NCBI GenBank assembly: GCA_000182565.2
Contig: KQ257461.1
Source: Spizellomyces punctatus DAOM BR117
Taxonomy: Eukaryota
DNA: 64,000 bases
Strand: one strand, 5' to 3'
In this document: in pieces, positions 23,307 through 35,607 of the stretch
How the letters are laid out: every line of letters starts with the position of its first letter
Position numbering within the stretch: the stretch's first letter is position 1
The notes under the pieces: model-generated
Databases searched by the model: none
What the model was told of the DNA's origin: nothing
Seen by the model: the letters and a program-made list of their open reading frames with translations, nothing else
Translations under genes and position numbers: made by a program

Positions 23307-25685
23307 CTGGGATTCTCTGGGTTTCTGGGGTTCTCTGGGATGCTGGGGTTCTCTGGGGTTCCAGGTAAAGTCCATGGATAGTTAAAGTCTCAGGGGTGGT
23401 TTCAGGTGGGTCCAATAGGTCCAAGGGTTGAATAACAGGAGAGTGTACCAGGTGGTGGGTGTCAGGGTGGTGGTTCTTGATATCTTCCCCAGTAGAGGCA
23501 GAACCTCTATCTTCTACTGAGTCTGCTTGCCATTTCCCTGCTGCTTGGTCTTCAAGGGGCATAGGGGGGCAATATGGCCTGGTTTTCTGCACCTGAAACA
23601 GGCTCCCTTCTTTCTGAGCTCAGTCTTCTCAGCCTCAGTGAGTTTGGAGAGAGGCTTCCCAGAGTTGGTGGATATACTATCTATCTCCATAGGGACTACT
23701 CCAGAGTTCTCAGTCTTAGGGGAGTAGTAGCTGGTGGCCTGGCTTCTTCTCTGGTAGCTGAACTGGATCTGGTCAATCCTATCAGCTGTTGCTGCAGCTG
23801 TGGCTAAGTTGATGGGTGGGNNNNNNNNNNNNNNNNNNNNNNNNNNNNNNNNNNNNNNNNNNNNNNNNNNNNNNNNNNNNNNNNNNNNNNNNNNNNNNNN
23901 NNNNNNNNNNNNNNNNNNNNNNNNNNNNNNNNNNNNNNNNNNNNNNNNNNNNNNNNNNNNNNNNNNNNNNNNNNNNNNNNNNNNNNNNNNNNNNNNNNNN
24001 NNNNNNNNNNNNNNNNNNNNNNNNNNNNNNNNNNNNNNNNNNNNNNNNNNNNNNNNNNNNNNNNNNNNNNNNNNNNNNNNNNNNNNNNNNNNNNNNNNNN
24101 NNNNNNNNNNNNNNNNNNNNNNNNNNNNNNNNNNNNNNNNNNNNNNNNNNNNNNNNNNNNNNNNNNNNNNNNNNNNNNNNNNNNNNNNNNNNNNNNNNNN
24201 NNNNNNNNNNNTCCTAATCTCTTCGACATAGGTGGTGGCTACTAACAGTTGGCCTTCTGGTGATAGATCTGCAGCTGCCTGGAAGTACTCTTCAAGTCTG
24301 AGGAGGTATGTCCTAATCTCTTGGACATTCCTGTTGCCTTTGTAGGGCTTCAACTTGCTTTGGAGGACTTTTACCAGGGATTTATCTACTCTGGGTTGGT
24401 ACTGAGCAGTGGCTGGTGTGGTGGAGTTCAGCTGCTGGAGCTTTGCTTGATAAAGCTCCTGCCTGACCTGGTCTATGTCAAGCTCAGCAATGGTGTTGAA
24501 GAGAATCTCTTCCTGGCTGGTCATGGTGGTAATGGGGTGGAGTCTTGGGTAGTTACAATATTACTTGTAACAACAACAATAGGGTGGGTCACAGGCCCAA
24601 GAGATGCAATGTTACTTGCAGTCAAAATAGGGTGGGTCACAGGCCCAAAATATGCAATATTACTTGCAAGTACAACTGGTGGGGAGGATACAGGGGGACT
24701 CTACAGCTTCTTCACAATCCCACAATAGAAAAACTCTATCTGTTTTCTCAGAGCTTCTGATGCTAACCAAGTGGTGTGTCTGGTGGTAGTTCTGGAGGTT
24801 GTGCTGGGGGTAGGTTTGTGGTATGGGGTGGTGTGGGCTGGTCTGTAGGAGTCCTTGAGGGGGGGTTCTGGGCATAAGTTGGGCCTGGGATAAGAGGCAG
24901 GGGTCTTCTGATATTACTCAGAAGGACTAGGGCAGGGTCTGGGGTCTGGGGTCTGTTGGTCTTCTGATATTACTCAGAAGGTCTAGGGCAGGGTCTGGGG
25001 GTCTGGGGATCTTAGCTTCTGATCTCTCACAGAAGGTCTAAGAGTCTGGGGTTGTTGTCTAAGGTGGTGCTACCATGTAACAGGCTAGCAGGGACAAGAA
25101 GACAACAGAAAACTAGGGAAGACTTGGTTACTACTTGTTATTTTCCTTTGAGGGGCCTCAGAGAGGTCCTCTTTTTATAGACAAAGGGGCTGACAAATGC
25201 TATATCCTAACTACCCAATCAGATCTCACCCACATCATCCTAAACTATTTGTCAGCCTATTGCACCATTTGCAACCAATCAGAACTCATACATGTCATCC
25301 TAAACTATTTGTCAGCCTATTGCACCATTTGCAACCAATCAGATCTTGTACATGTCATCCTAAACTATTTGTCAGCCTATTGCACCATTTGCAACCAATC
25401 AGATCTTGTACATGTCATCCTAAACTATTTGTCAGCCTATTGCACCATTTATAGCCAATCACAAGTGAGACAAGTCATCCTAAATACACTGTGCCACTTG
25501 ATTGAAAGGGGCAGATGCTAGTGTGTCAGGATACTCATCTAATTTAGCCAGAAATGGCTAAATCTGCTTATTTATCTAATTCTGGTCAAATGAATGTTGA
25601 CACCATCAGCAAAGTCATGTGACCACTAGTTTGGAACCACATCTAACCAGTATAACCATAGCACTGACAGAAGAATTCTGTCACA
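23307..25685 (-). mobile_element. 5' half of Ty3/gypsy family B: LTR 25685-25076, PBS, repeat-rich leader, gag, start of pol
   Basis: The LTR appears identical to 20447-21056. PBS TGGTAGCACCACC at 25075-25063. Leader has ~57-bp and ~48-bp tandem repeats. Confidence 0.9.
23514..24524 (-). CDS. Family B Gag with CCHC zinc knuckle (spans an N gap)
   Basis: KPYKGNRN...YLLRLEEYF, VPMEID and CFRCRKPGHIAPLC. Confidence 0.8.
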   Translation of the reverse strand: MTSQEEILFNTIAELDIDQVRQELYQAKLQQLNSTTPATAQYQPRVDKSLVKVLQSKLKPYKGNRNVQEIRTYLLRLEEYFQAAADLSPEGQLLVATTYVEEIRXXXXXXXXXXXXXXXXXXXXXXXXXXXXXXXXXXXXXXXXXXXXXXXXXXXXXXXXXXXXXXXXXXXXXXXXXXXXXXXXXXXXXXXXXXXXXXXXXXXXXXXXXXXXXXXXXXXXXXXXXXXXXXXXXXXPPINLATAAATADRIDQIQFSYQRRSQATSYYSPKTENSGVVPMEIDSISTNSGKPLSKLTEAEKTELRKKGACFRCRKPGHIAPLCPLKTKQQGNGKQTQ

Positions 25686-28600
25686 TATCTTTTCTGTGAA
25701 TCCTGGGCCTCAATCATCAGATCTCGGATAAGGATGTTTAGGTCTCCGAGATGTTTACAGAGCTCTTCCACATCTGCATTTCTGGTTTCTGACGGCCTTT
25801 CAATGATGGAGTCATGGTCTGAGATAATAGTCTCCGGAATGCTGTGCAATGGGATGTAGCATTCTATAAATAGTTCTGCGACCTGAGTAGCTGTCGCGGT
25901 GCTCTTGAGGGGCCATACGTGGATCCTCTTTGAGCATTTACAAGCTATTAGCCAAAAGGCATCATACCCTCTGGAAGTAAGTGGGAGCTTGGTTACAAAG
26001 TCAGTCATGATGACTGTCCAGCATCCCAGAGCTGGTGGTATGGGTTTCAGCAACCCCAGAATCAGTTGCGGTACCCTTTTTGAGCATTGGCAGGTTTCAT
26101 ATCCTGTGCAATGTTTTCTGAAATCTTGTGCCATCTTTGGCCACCAGACTTGTGCTGTGGCTCTGGCGTAGGTTCTTTCGAATCCGAAGTGTCCTCCCCC
26201 CTCGTGAAAAAGCTTGCGCACCTTGGGGGTGCAAGCAGGGGGCACGTAGAGGCACCAAAGGTCTTCGGAGACTGAAAAACGGTGCCACAGCAGGTTATCT
26301 GCACATTGCCACTCCTGAAGAAAGCGCGCGTTGGCTGTAGTGTAGGTGTCAGGGCTGGTCTCCCATAGGAGCATGCGGGCCTGTTGGGCTATGGGGTAGA
26401 GCTGGCCGGTGAGGCCAGCGCAGATGGCGGCAATGAGTGCAGGCTGTAAGGCCAGACAAAAGACGGCATCTGCCAGTGTCAAGGAAGGTGCGAGAGCCGC
26501 TGGTGTGGTGCGCAGCCATCGTCTTCCGTGTTCCGCCACCCATATTTGGGTTGCGGTGGAGCAGAGTAGGGTTTCTGCTCCTAGTAGCCATGAAAGTGTA
26601 TCAGTGACAATGTGAAAACATCCTGGTTTGTGAATGATTGTCATCCATTCAGACCAGTAACTAAGATCGAGGGCCCAGCAGAGAAGCTTATGGTTCTCGC
26701 CTTTGTATTTAGTGAGCCACAAAAGAGCTTGGTGATCAGTAATGACTGTGAAAGGCAGGCCTTCGAGGTATGGGCAGAGTTTTCCAAGGCCCCAAATGAG
26801 GCATCCGGCCTCGAGTTTGACGGGGGGGGCCTTTTTTTCTGAGGTGGTGGTGCCTCGAGAATGGTAGCACAGCGGGCGGTTAGAAGCATCTGGCTGTAAC
26901 TGTTCGAGCATGACATTAAATGCTGTGTAGGAAGCGTCACTGTGAAGGGTGTAGGGGAACCCTTTTCTGGGTGCCACAAGCACTGGAGCTGTTGTCAGAG
27001 CCTGCTTGGCGGCTGCGAAGGCAGAGTTTCGGGAATCAGTCCATGAAACTTCACGCTTCACAATAAATCTGCACAGACCTTGGTCCGGGCGCTTGCAAGC
27101 AAGGCATCCGACACAAAAGGGGTCAATGGGTAAGTCCGCCAGCGATGATTGGCATAGATTGACCGCCGGTAGGTCTGAGGAGCTAGATTTCGGATGTTGC
27201 GAAACCTCAAATCAGGCTCTGGTGGCTGTGATTGTAGGGGCCACCGCCATGTCAAGCATGGATGGTGAATTGAGCTTTTCAGCACCTTTCTTTGGGTCAG
27301 CGCGACCCTTTTTAAGGTCTCGGTATATGCGAACGCCCTCTTGGATAGCATCTTGCAGGGGCCAGATGAGTTCCACGTAGCGAGAGATGAATTGGGCATA
27401 GAACCCTAGGAGACCCACAAATGACCATAGGTCACCTATGAATTTGGGTTGTGGCCAATCGACTATGGTTGCAACCTTGTCTGGATCGGTAGCAAGACCC
27501 TGAGAGGAGGCAACAAAACTGAGAGCCGTGAGCTGGTGAAAGAGCCATTGACACTTGTTGAGTCTTAGGGTGAGTTTGGCTCTGGAAAAGCAGTCGAGCC
27601 AGTCTGCAATGGCATCTAGGGCTTCCGCAGCTGTCTCTGCTTGTGTATGGATATTGTCGATGAAGTTGTTGATATTTCGCCATTTGGAGGGACCCAAGGT
27701 GTCATCCATCACCCGACAGAAGTGTGAAGGGGCAGTCTTGGGTCCGAAGGGCATAAAGAGTGGTTCATAGATGCTGTCATGGAGTCTGATCACAAGCCAT
27801 TTGTGTACCAACACATTGGTGATGGCAATTTGGTAGAATCCTTTGTTTGCATCACCTCCCGATATGTATCGGAATGGGACTGCAACGATCCAGTTCAGGA
27901 TGTTGAGCATGATGGGAAAGGGATATGGATCCCAGGCCATGCAGTCATTGGCTCGGCGATAGTCAAAGGCTACCCACGGGGGTTTGTCTGCATAGCGAAT
28001 GATAACAGGATTGCTGGTGAAGGTTACTTCGGTGGTTCATTTCCACCTCTGAAGCCCCATCATGGTGTCTCGTTCCAGCTCAAGGGCTGTCCGCTCCAAC
28101 GGAGAGTATGACCATGGCCTCAAAAGGGGTGGTGGAGCCGAGATAAATCAAGGTGCATAGGGAATCTTAGTGTAGTTCCCTATGAGATGACCCTCATAGC
28201 TGAAGGCTTGATGGAAGTGTCATAGAATGTTGATTAGGGCCCAGACCACGGGTTTGGGTCACTTGAGATCGATGTGGAAACGTTCTGCATCTTTTAATTG
28301 GGCTTCGAAGGCCCCTGGAGCCTTCTCCATAGAGTCGAGGTTCCATTTGTTCCGAAGTGTCTGCCATTCTTCTTTGGAAATGTTCTCTTCAGGGTCTGCA
28401 ACCAAATTATGGGTTGTGGTGGACAGTTTGAGGCCTAATGGGGCCGTTGAGCTAGCAGCGGTGGCCTCAAGAGGGTTTTCGATGAGAAAAGTTTGGGCTG
28501 CCACGCGCATCTGTCCTGTGATTAACATGGTTAATCTAGACTTCTGAGCTTTGGCTTTGGTCAGCTGTGGCATTGACACATCCTTCATGAATTCACCCTG

Positions 28601-31600
28601 CTTGGTCTTGTATGGCGTGCCATGCATGTGATCGGTGTCCAGCTCATCTGTTATGGAGCAAGGGATAAGGATGTCCGGATTCTTGAGCATCACCACGAAA
28701 CTGGGTAATGGGGGTTCCTGAACCAAGGTTTGGAGTTTCAGATGTCCCAGAATGTCGTTGGCTAGGATGATGAGAGGTTTCCCATATGCAATGACCCGAA
28801 AGTAGGTGCAGAAAGTCAGGTATTCTCCTCCATGGCCTCTGAGGGAAGTTTCGAGGCACACTGTCTTGGTAGATGAGATACGTCCACCAATGCTGTTGAA
28901 AGCCATCATTTCCACATCCTGTAAATCAGTTTCGGAGAACAGAAGGCCCAGGTATGTGTCAGAAACCAGAGACTCGCAGGCTCCTGTGTCTAGTACCACA
29001 GGTGCCCAGAGCTGAGCAATGACAGCTAGCATCCAGCAAGGCTGCATTTGGGTCTTGGTCTGGCTTTTGAGTACATCGCCTAAATCTACCAAGTAGAAGG
29101 CATTGATGGAAGGCACCACAACCTCGAAATGGGGCATGATGTCATTAATTGTTGCTTCCATGGCCTTGATCACACTCTCAAAGTGCTCCCTAGATTTGTT
29201 GTTTTGTGGTTTTGTTGTTTTATTCTGGCGAGCAACTTGTTTGATAGCCAGCATGACTATATACATCCGTTCACTCTCTTCATGTCTTTGGAGATGTGGA
29301 TGGTCTTTAACGTGCAGAAATTTGGGGTTTCCGTGATGATAATAATAGTCTGAGTGAACAATATTGCCTGTCAGGAGAAATGCCACCAGTTGCAGGTTGG
29401 CGTAAGAATCAAAGATAACAGGGTCTTCAGAGCTCCACATCAAGAATTTCTCATGCTTGTCGAGCCTTATCCAGGCAAGGAGGATCAAACAAGGGGTACC
29501 ATCCTCTCGGACTTTTTGCAGGATTCGATCCTTGTCAGCTTTGGCTGCAGCAGTGATGTAGAGGTGGTGGGAACTCCACGCAACTGCATAGGGGTCATTC
29601 CTGAGGTGCCCAGCACCTCGCTTTGGTTCTTTGGCAAAGAAGCTGAGCATGCGGGGGTTGTCGCCCATCATCAGAGCCACTTGCGGGGTGCCCCGGATGA
29701 TGGCTATGTTATCCCAGACTTGGTCCCAGCCCTGCGTGGGCATGCGGGGGTCCTCTTCCTTGGTCACCGTGACCTCGGAAAGAGGTGCGGTCATCAAAAT
29801 TGTTGATTCCGAGTGCTCGGGTGAATGAAAGAATCCAATGGTGTGGAATCCTTGATTAGCGGCGGCTGTCCTTTCCAGTTCCGAAGCCGAAAAAAGAGTC
29901 TCGGTGGTAGCGGACGTCGAGTCCAGCTCCACTATGTACGACTTCTTGGACTCCTGTTTGGGTTTCCAACCTGCGGGCATGGGTGCTCCGTATGGTCCCT
30001 TCTTTCCATCTTCAGGATCTTTTCGGTTCGGGTTCTGCCAGCAGAAAACATTCCAATGCTTTTTCTGACAGAATTTGCAGGGTGCTGGTGGTTCCTTGTT
30101 GGGGTCCGGAACCATCCTCTGAGGACCATTGTGACCCTTTTCGGGGTTTCCAGTTTTATGTTGAGCCGTCTGCTTAGGGCCTTTGTCAGTTCCGGTCTTT
30201 TGTGACTTCTTCTGAGCTTCTGCAGCACCGCTGTAGCAAGGGTCTCATTTTCTGGTGTCATCAGAGCTGAAATAAAGGCGCAGGAAGTCTTTTAATTTGG
30301 TCAGGTTCATGACATTACAGGATTTGACCATGATTTGGATGTCGCTGGGCAATTGTTCAACTATTAGGTCAAAATGCTGGTCAGTGGGATATATTATGTT
30401 TGCCCGGTCGCCATATGTGAGGCACCGGAGATGAGTTTTGTGGTCGATGAATGTGAGAAAGCTGCGAAATTCTTTGGGGTTCACATGGCAGTGCACATAT
30501 TTGGTTTTGCGCTTGGACTTGGTTAGGGGATCTCAGAACTCTTGAAGCAGTTCTTCTTTCCACCTTTTCCAGGTCCACAAGCAAGTTTCCTGGGCTTCCA
30601 GAGTGTAAAACCAAGCATTGGCAGGGGTTTTCTTGGCTATCATGGCTGGTAGGAGCTGTACCATCCTGGCATCTGACATTGCGCTAACATTTTGAAGAAG
30701 TTGGACTTTGTTGAGCCATTCTTCAACATCTTGGTTTCTTTTGCCCATAAACTCAGGTATGTCCTTTGCTTTCAAGGAATCGACCTTAGTGTCGCTGGCC
30801 CATGGGGCTGCTGGCACTTGGATTGGAGGCACCAGACCTGAAAAACTTGGTTCCATATGCTCCCTTGGTGTGTCCAATGTTTCCCATGGGGTTGCAGACT
30901 GTTCTCTTGTAGCTCGTGCTATGAGAGGTTGTTCAGGCAGTGGCACTAGGGCTTCTAAGGCTCGTGCGAGGCACTCATCTGCCACTGTCTGATGTTCGGA
31001 AAGCCTATGAAGCTGTTCCGTAAGATTTTGAGTTGCCAACTGCATTGCAGCAGTCGAGTGGGCAATGTCTTCTTTTAACGCTGCCACTTCAGAGGCCATC
31101 ATGGCCAAGTTAGGGGCTTCCGGTTCGACGGAAGTGGTCCCTGAATGTCTCGGGCATGTTGCGGGAGGGACTTCGACGTCCTCCGCTGGACCCTGACTAC
31201 AAGTCTGGATCACAGGTGAGTGGCCTCACATTGGAGAGCGTTCGACCAGCATCATTCTCAGTTTCATGAAGTCTGTTTCCGAAACGAGAGAAAAGGTTTC
31301 CGAGTAGCTACCTGAGCAGATCTCGGTTTGTGCAAGAGTTTCGGTACGACCGAATAAGGTTTTCAGCTGAATTTGAGAGGGGAAGGCAGTTCGTCGCACT
31401 TCTCCACCATGTAATGGATTTTTTGTTGGTAGACTATGGTAAAGACAACTTGGGTCTCCTAGCAGGTTATGTGGGTGTCTGTACTAGGAATCATAGTCTC
31501 CAAAATCCTTTCTTTGGGCGTCAGTAGCAACTTGAGGGTGAGAGGCAAGGAGAGTCGGTTAGTTGTGAACTGAGCAGGATTTAGAGGCTTCAGTGCAGGT

Positions 31601-31981
31601 GATCAGGCTGTTGAAGCACTCTGTTAGGTTCCTGTTAACCTAAGATTGGAGTTGAGAAGCTAGTTGTGGGGATTTAGTGTCACTATGGCTTCTGCCCACA
31701 ACTTATTTTATTGAATTCATCTTTTTATACAGGAATATGCTACAGTAACATCTACACTAGTTTCCGTAACCTCCATTAGGGTGGCGGTGTCCGATATTCC
31801 CGTTTCCGATCATTGCCATGATCAATTATGACTGCGTACCATATCCTTTGCGCTGCGCTGGTGTAGCCCAGAACCGAGCTTGATCTCAGGGGTTTCGAAG
31901 CTTAGGTTGCAATTGCGGAAACCTCAATCATGGTCACCTGATGCCTTTAAGCGAACCGGTTTATCAGAGTCATTCGCTACA
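25686..31981 (-). mobile_element. 5' part of family A copy A2 (LTR 31981-31410, PBS, decayed gag-pol from 31255 to the integrase)
   Basis: Inverted homolog of 14146-20446 with many additional CpG-type transitions. Confidence 0.92.
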
Positions 31982-32320
31982 CCAGAATCCCAGAGAACCC
32001 CAGAAACCCAGAAAATCGCAGGACCCCTGAGAACCCCAGAATCCCAGAGAACCCCAGAAACCCAGAGAATCCCAGAACCCCAGAGAACCCCAGAACCCCA
32101 GAGAACCCCAGAATCCCAGAGAACCCCAGAACTCCAGAGAACCCAAGAACTCCAGAGAACCCAAGAACCCCAGAGAACCCAAGAACTCCAGAGAACCCAA
32201 GAACCCCAGAGAACCCCAGAACCCCAGAGAACCCAAGAACCCCAGAGAACCCCAGAACCCCAGAGAACCCTAGAACCCCAGAAAACCCAGGAACCCCAGA
32301 GAACCCCAGAACCCCAGACC
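31982..32320 (+). repeat. 18-bp coding tandem repeat (CCAGAACCCCAGAGAACC; PEPQRT), about 19 units; continues at 23307-23363 on the opposite strand
   Basis: Directly visible. Confidence 0.9.
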
Positions 32321-35300
32321 ACCCAGGCCACCTACCAAGAAAGCAAGATCCATGTAGTAGAGGTGGCTCCATACTCTTTAAGTACCCCCAAAGGGCCAAG
32401 GATTCCCCGGAGTCACTTGCTGACTGTGCAAGGTAGAATCCAAGGAATCCCAGTAACCATTCTCCTGGATAATGGGGCAAACCAACTCTATGTGTCACAG
32501 TCCTTTGTCAAGAAGGCACAACTGGTGACTCATTCTCTCCCTGGAGCAGAAATCTCTATGGCTGATGACAGAAAGCACCAAGAAATAGGCTTTGTCAAAG
32601 GTCTTCAGTACTCAGTAGGAACCTACACAGAACAGTCAGACTTTATAGTAGCCCCAATCAAGTTTGACTTGATCCTGGGTATACCTTGGTTTGCCTGGAG
32701 GAATCCCAGTATCAACCACAACAAGAACACTGTGACCTTCACCACCTCCCAGCACCCCAGAGTCAGATGGTTTGTTAAGCAGGCCAGCTCTTCCAACAAA
32801 TCCCAGAAGTCCAATCTTATCACCATGGTATCAGCAAAGATGTTGGTCAGAACACTGAAGAAGAGGACAGCAACAGCTTTTGCTGTGTATCTCAAGAACC
32901 CTCAAGATACCAGCACCCCTCCAGACACCATGGATTCCAAAGTCACCAAGCTTCTTGAAAACTATCAAGATGTCTTTGTGGAAGAGCTTCCCCCAGGACT
33001 TCCCCCTGAGAGAACAGTGGATCACAGAATTGAACTCAGTGCCCCCAACCAGACCCCCTGGAGACCAACCTACCACCTCTCTTCTTTGGAGTTAGAAGAA
33101 CTGAGGAAGCAGCTGTCTGAACTTCTGGAGGCAGGCCACATCAGACCATCCAAGAGCCCCTTTGGAGCACCCATCCTCTTTGTCAAGAAGAAAGAAGGGT
33201 CTTTGAGGATGTGTGTGGACTACAGGGCTCTGAATAAAATCACCATCAAGAGCAGATATCCCCTCCCTAGGATTGATGAGCTGATGGACAGACTGAATGG
33301 AGCCCAGGTCTTTACCAAGCTGGATCTCAAGTCAGGCTACTACCAGATCAGGATCCACCCAGAAGACATCCCCAAGACAGCTTTCAGAACCAGATATGGT
33401 CACTTTGAGTTCCTGGTCATGTCCTTTGGAATGACCAATGCCCCAGCCACTTTCATGACTTTGATGAATGATGTTCTAAGACCCTTCTTGGACATCTTTG
33501 TTATTGTCTACCTAGATGACATCCTCATCTACTCCAAGACCCCAGAAGATCACCTGGACCACCTCAAGCAGGTTCTGCAAGCCCTCAGGCAGAACAAGCT
33601 GTATGCCAACCCCAGCAAGTGCCAGTTCTTCAAGCAAGAAGTAGAGTTTCTTGGCCATGTAGTCTCACATGAAGGAGTCAGGCTTGACCCCAAGAAAGTG
33701 CAGACTGTTCAAGAATGGCCCACCCCTCAGAGCGTCACTGAAGTCAGACAGTTCATGGGCCTGGTGAACTACTTCCATAGCTTTCTGAAGGACCTGGCAG
33801 AGCAAGCTGCACCATTGACAGACCTGTTGAGAAATGACAAGCCCTGGACCTGGTCTGAACCTCAGGAGAAAGCTTTTCAGCAGCTGAAGGATATGGTCAC
33901 CAAAGCCCCTGTACTCAGACCCTTTGACCCAGCCTTGCCTACCACTGTCTTCCCTGATGCCTCAGGCTATGCAGTTGGAGCATGGCTTGGACAGGATGAT
34001 GGGAAAGGCATGAGACCAGTTGCCTACCACTCCAGGAAGATGGCTCCAGCAGAGACCAGATATGACACCAGACAACAAGAGCTGTTAGCCATCCATGATG
34101 CCCTCAGAGTTTGGAGGCCCTACCTGGAAGGAACCCCCTTCAAAGTTATCTCAGACCACCAGTCCCTCAAGTGGCTACAGAACCAGCCCTTCTTGACCAG
34201 AAGACAAGCCAGATGGGTCATGAATTTCCAATCTTTTGACTTTGAGATTGGCTATGGCCCAGGAAGACTCCACACAGTGGCAGACATCCTGTCTAGAAGA
34301 CCAGACCTGGCCCCAAGATGCATCAAGTGCAAGGCCTTGGTGACAGCAGAGTTGAATGCTGTGACCCACACCACCAGCACCCTTCAAGAGAGATTGAAGA
34401 CCAGTACCACAGAAGACCCAGAACTTCAAGAGCTCATCCAAGCTTTGGATGACCCCAGGAGACCAGAAGACCAGCAACAAAGGCTCAAATACCTCAGCCA
34501 TCAAGATGGGTTACTCTATTTCCAGGACAGGATTTTTGTTCCTAGTGACCCAGACCTAAGGTTGAGCCTACTCCAAGAAACCCATGACACTCAGTATGCT
34601 GGACACTTTGGCATCACCAAGACCCATGATGCCCTAGCAAGGCATTACTACTGGCCAAGGATGTACAAGGACATTACGAAGTATGTCAAGTCTTGTGATT
34701 CCTGCCAGAGAAGCAAACCTAGTCAGCAACCACCAGCAGGCTTGCTGCAGCCCCTCCCAGTACCTAAGACCAGATGGAGCCAGATTTCCATTGACCTGAT
34801 CCCTGACCTACCTGTGACTTCCTCTGATCACAATGCCATCTTTGTCATTGTTGACAGATTGTCAAAGAGAGGCCACTTCATCCCTACCACCACCAGAGCC
34901 TCAGCCAAGGACCTGGCCCTGCTCTTCTTGAAGCACATCTTCAAGCACCATGGCCTCCCAGAAGTGATTGTATCTGATAGAGACACCAAGTTCACCAGTT
35001 CATTCTGGTCCAACTTGATGCAACTCTTAGGCTGCAACACCCTCCTAGCCACTGCAAGGCACCAGCAGACCAATGGACAGGCAGAGAGAACCATCAAGAC
35101 TTTGAAGATCTACCTGAGAGCTTTCCTGCAGTACAACATGAAGAATTGGGAAGATCTTGTACCCTTTGCTGAGTTTGCCTACAACAACAGTATCTCAGAA
35201 ACCACAGGCTTTACCCCATTCTACTTAGAGAATGGCCAGCATCCCAGGACCCCAGCAACACCACCAGGAGAAAGCAATGATCCTGAAGCAACAGACTTCC

Positions 35301-35607
35301 ACCAGTATATTCAGCAACTGCTTCAAGTAGCCAAGGATAACATGATACTGGCCCAAGAAAGACAAGTTCAGCAAGCCAACAAGTCTCTCAGCAAGGCCCC
35401 AAGCTACCCCTTAGGCTCCAAAGTTTGGCTATCTAGAGAAGGTATCACCCCAGAAGAAGAAGCCCAGAGGCCAGCCCAGAAACTTCTTCACCCCTGGCTT
35501 GGACCTTACAGAATCAAGGCCAAGGATGAATTTCAGAATTACACCCTGGAGCTCCCCAGCACCATGAAGATTCATCCAGTGTTCCATGTGAGACTCCTCA
35601 AGCCTTA
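31982..35607 (+). CDS. Family B Pol (PEPQRT repeat, protease, RT, RNase H, integrase, SH3-like), open frame, 3'-truncated
   Basis: Motifs [63 protein letters not shown] and HPVFHV. Confidence 0.92.

Noticed and set aside
21654-24210. ORFs dominated by X residues (also near 54093)
   Set aside because: Artefacts of assembly gaps.
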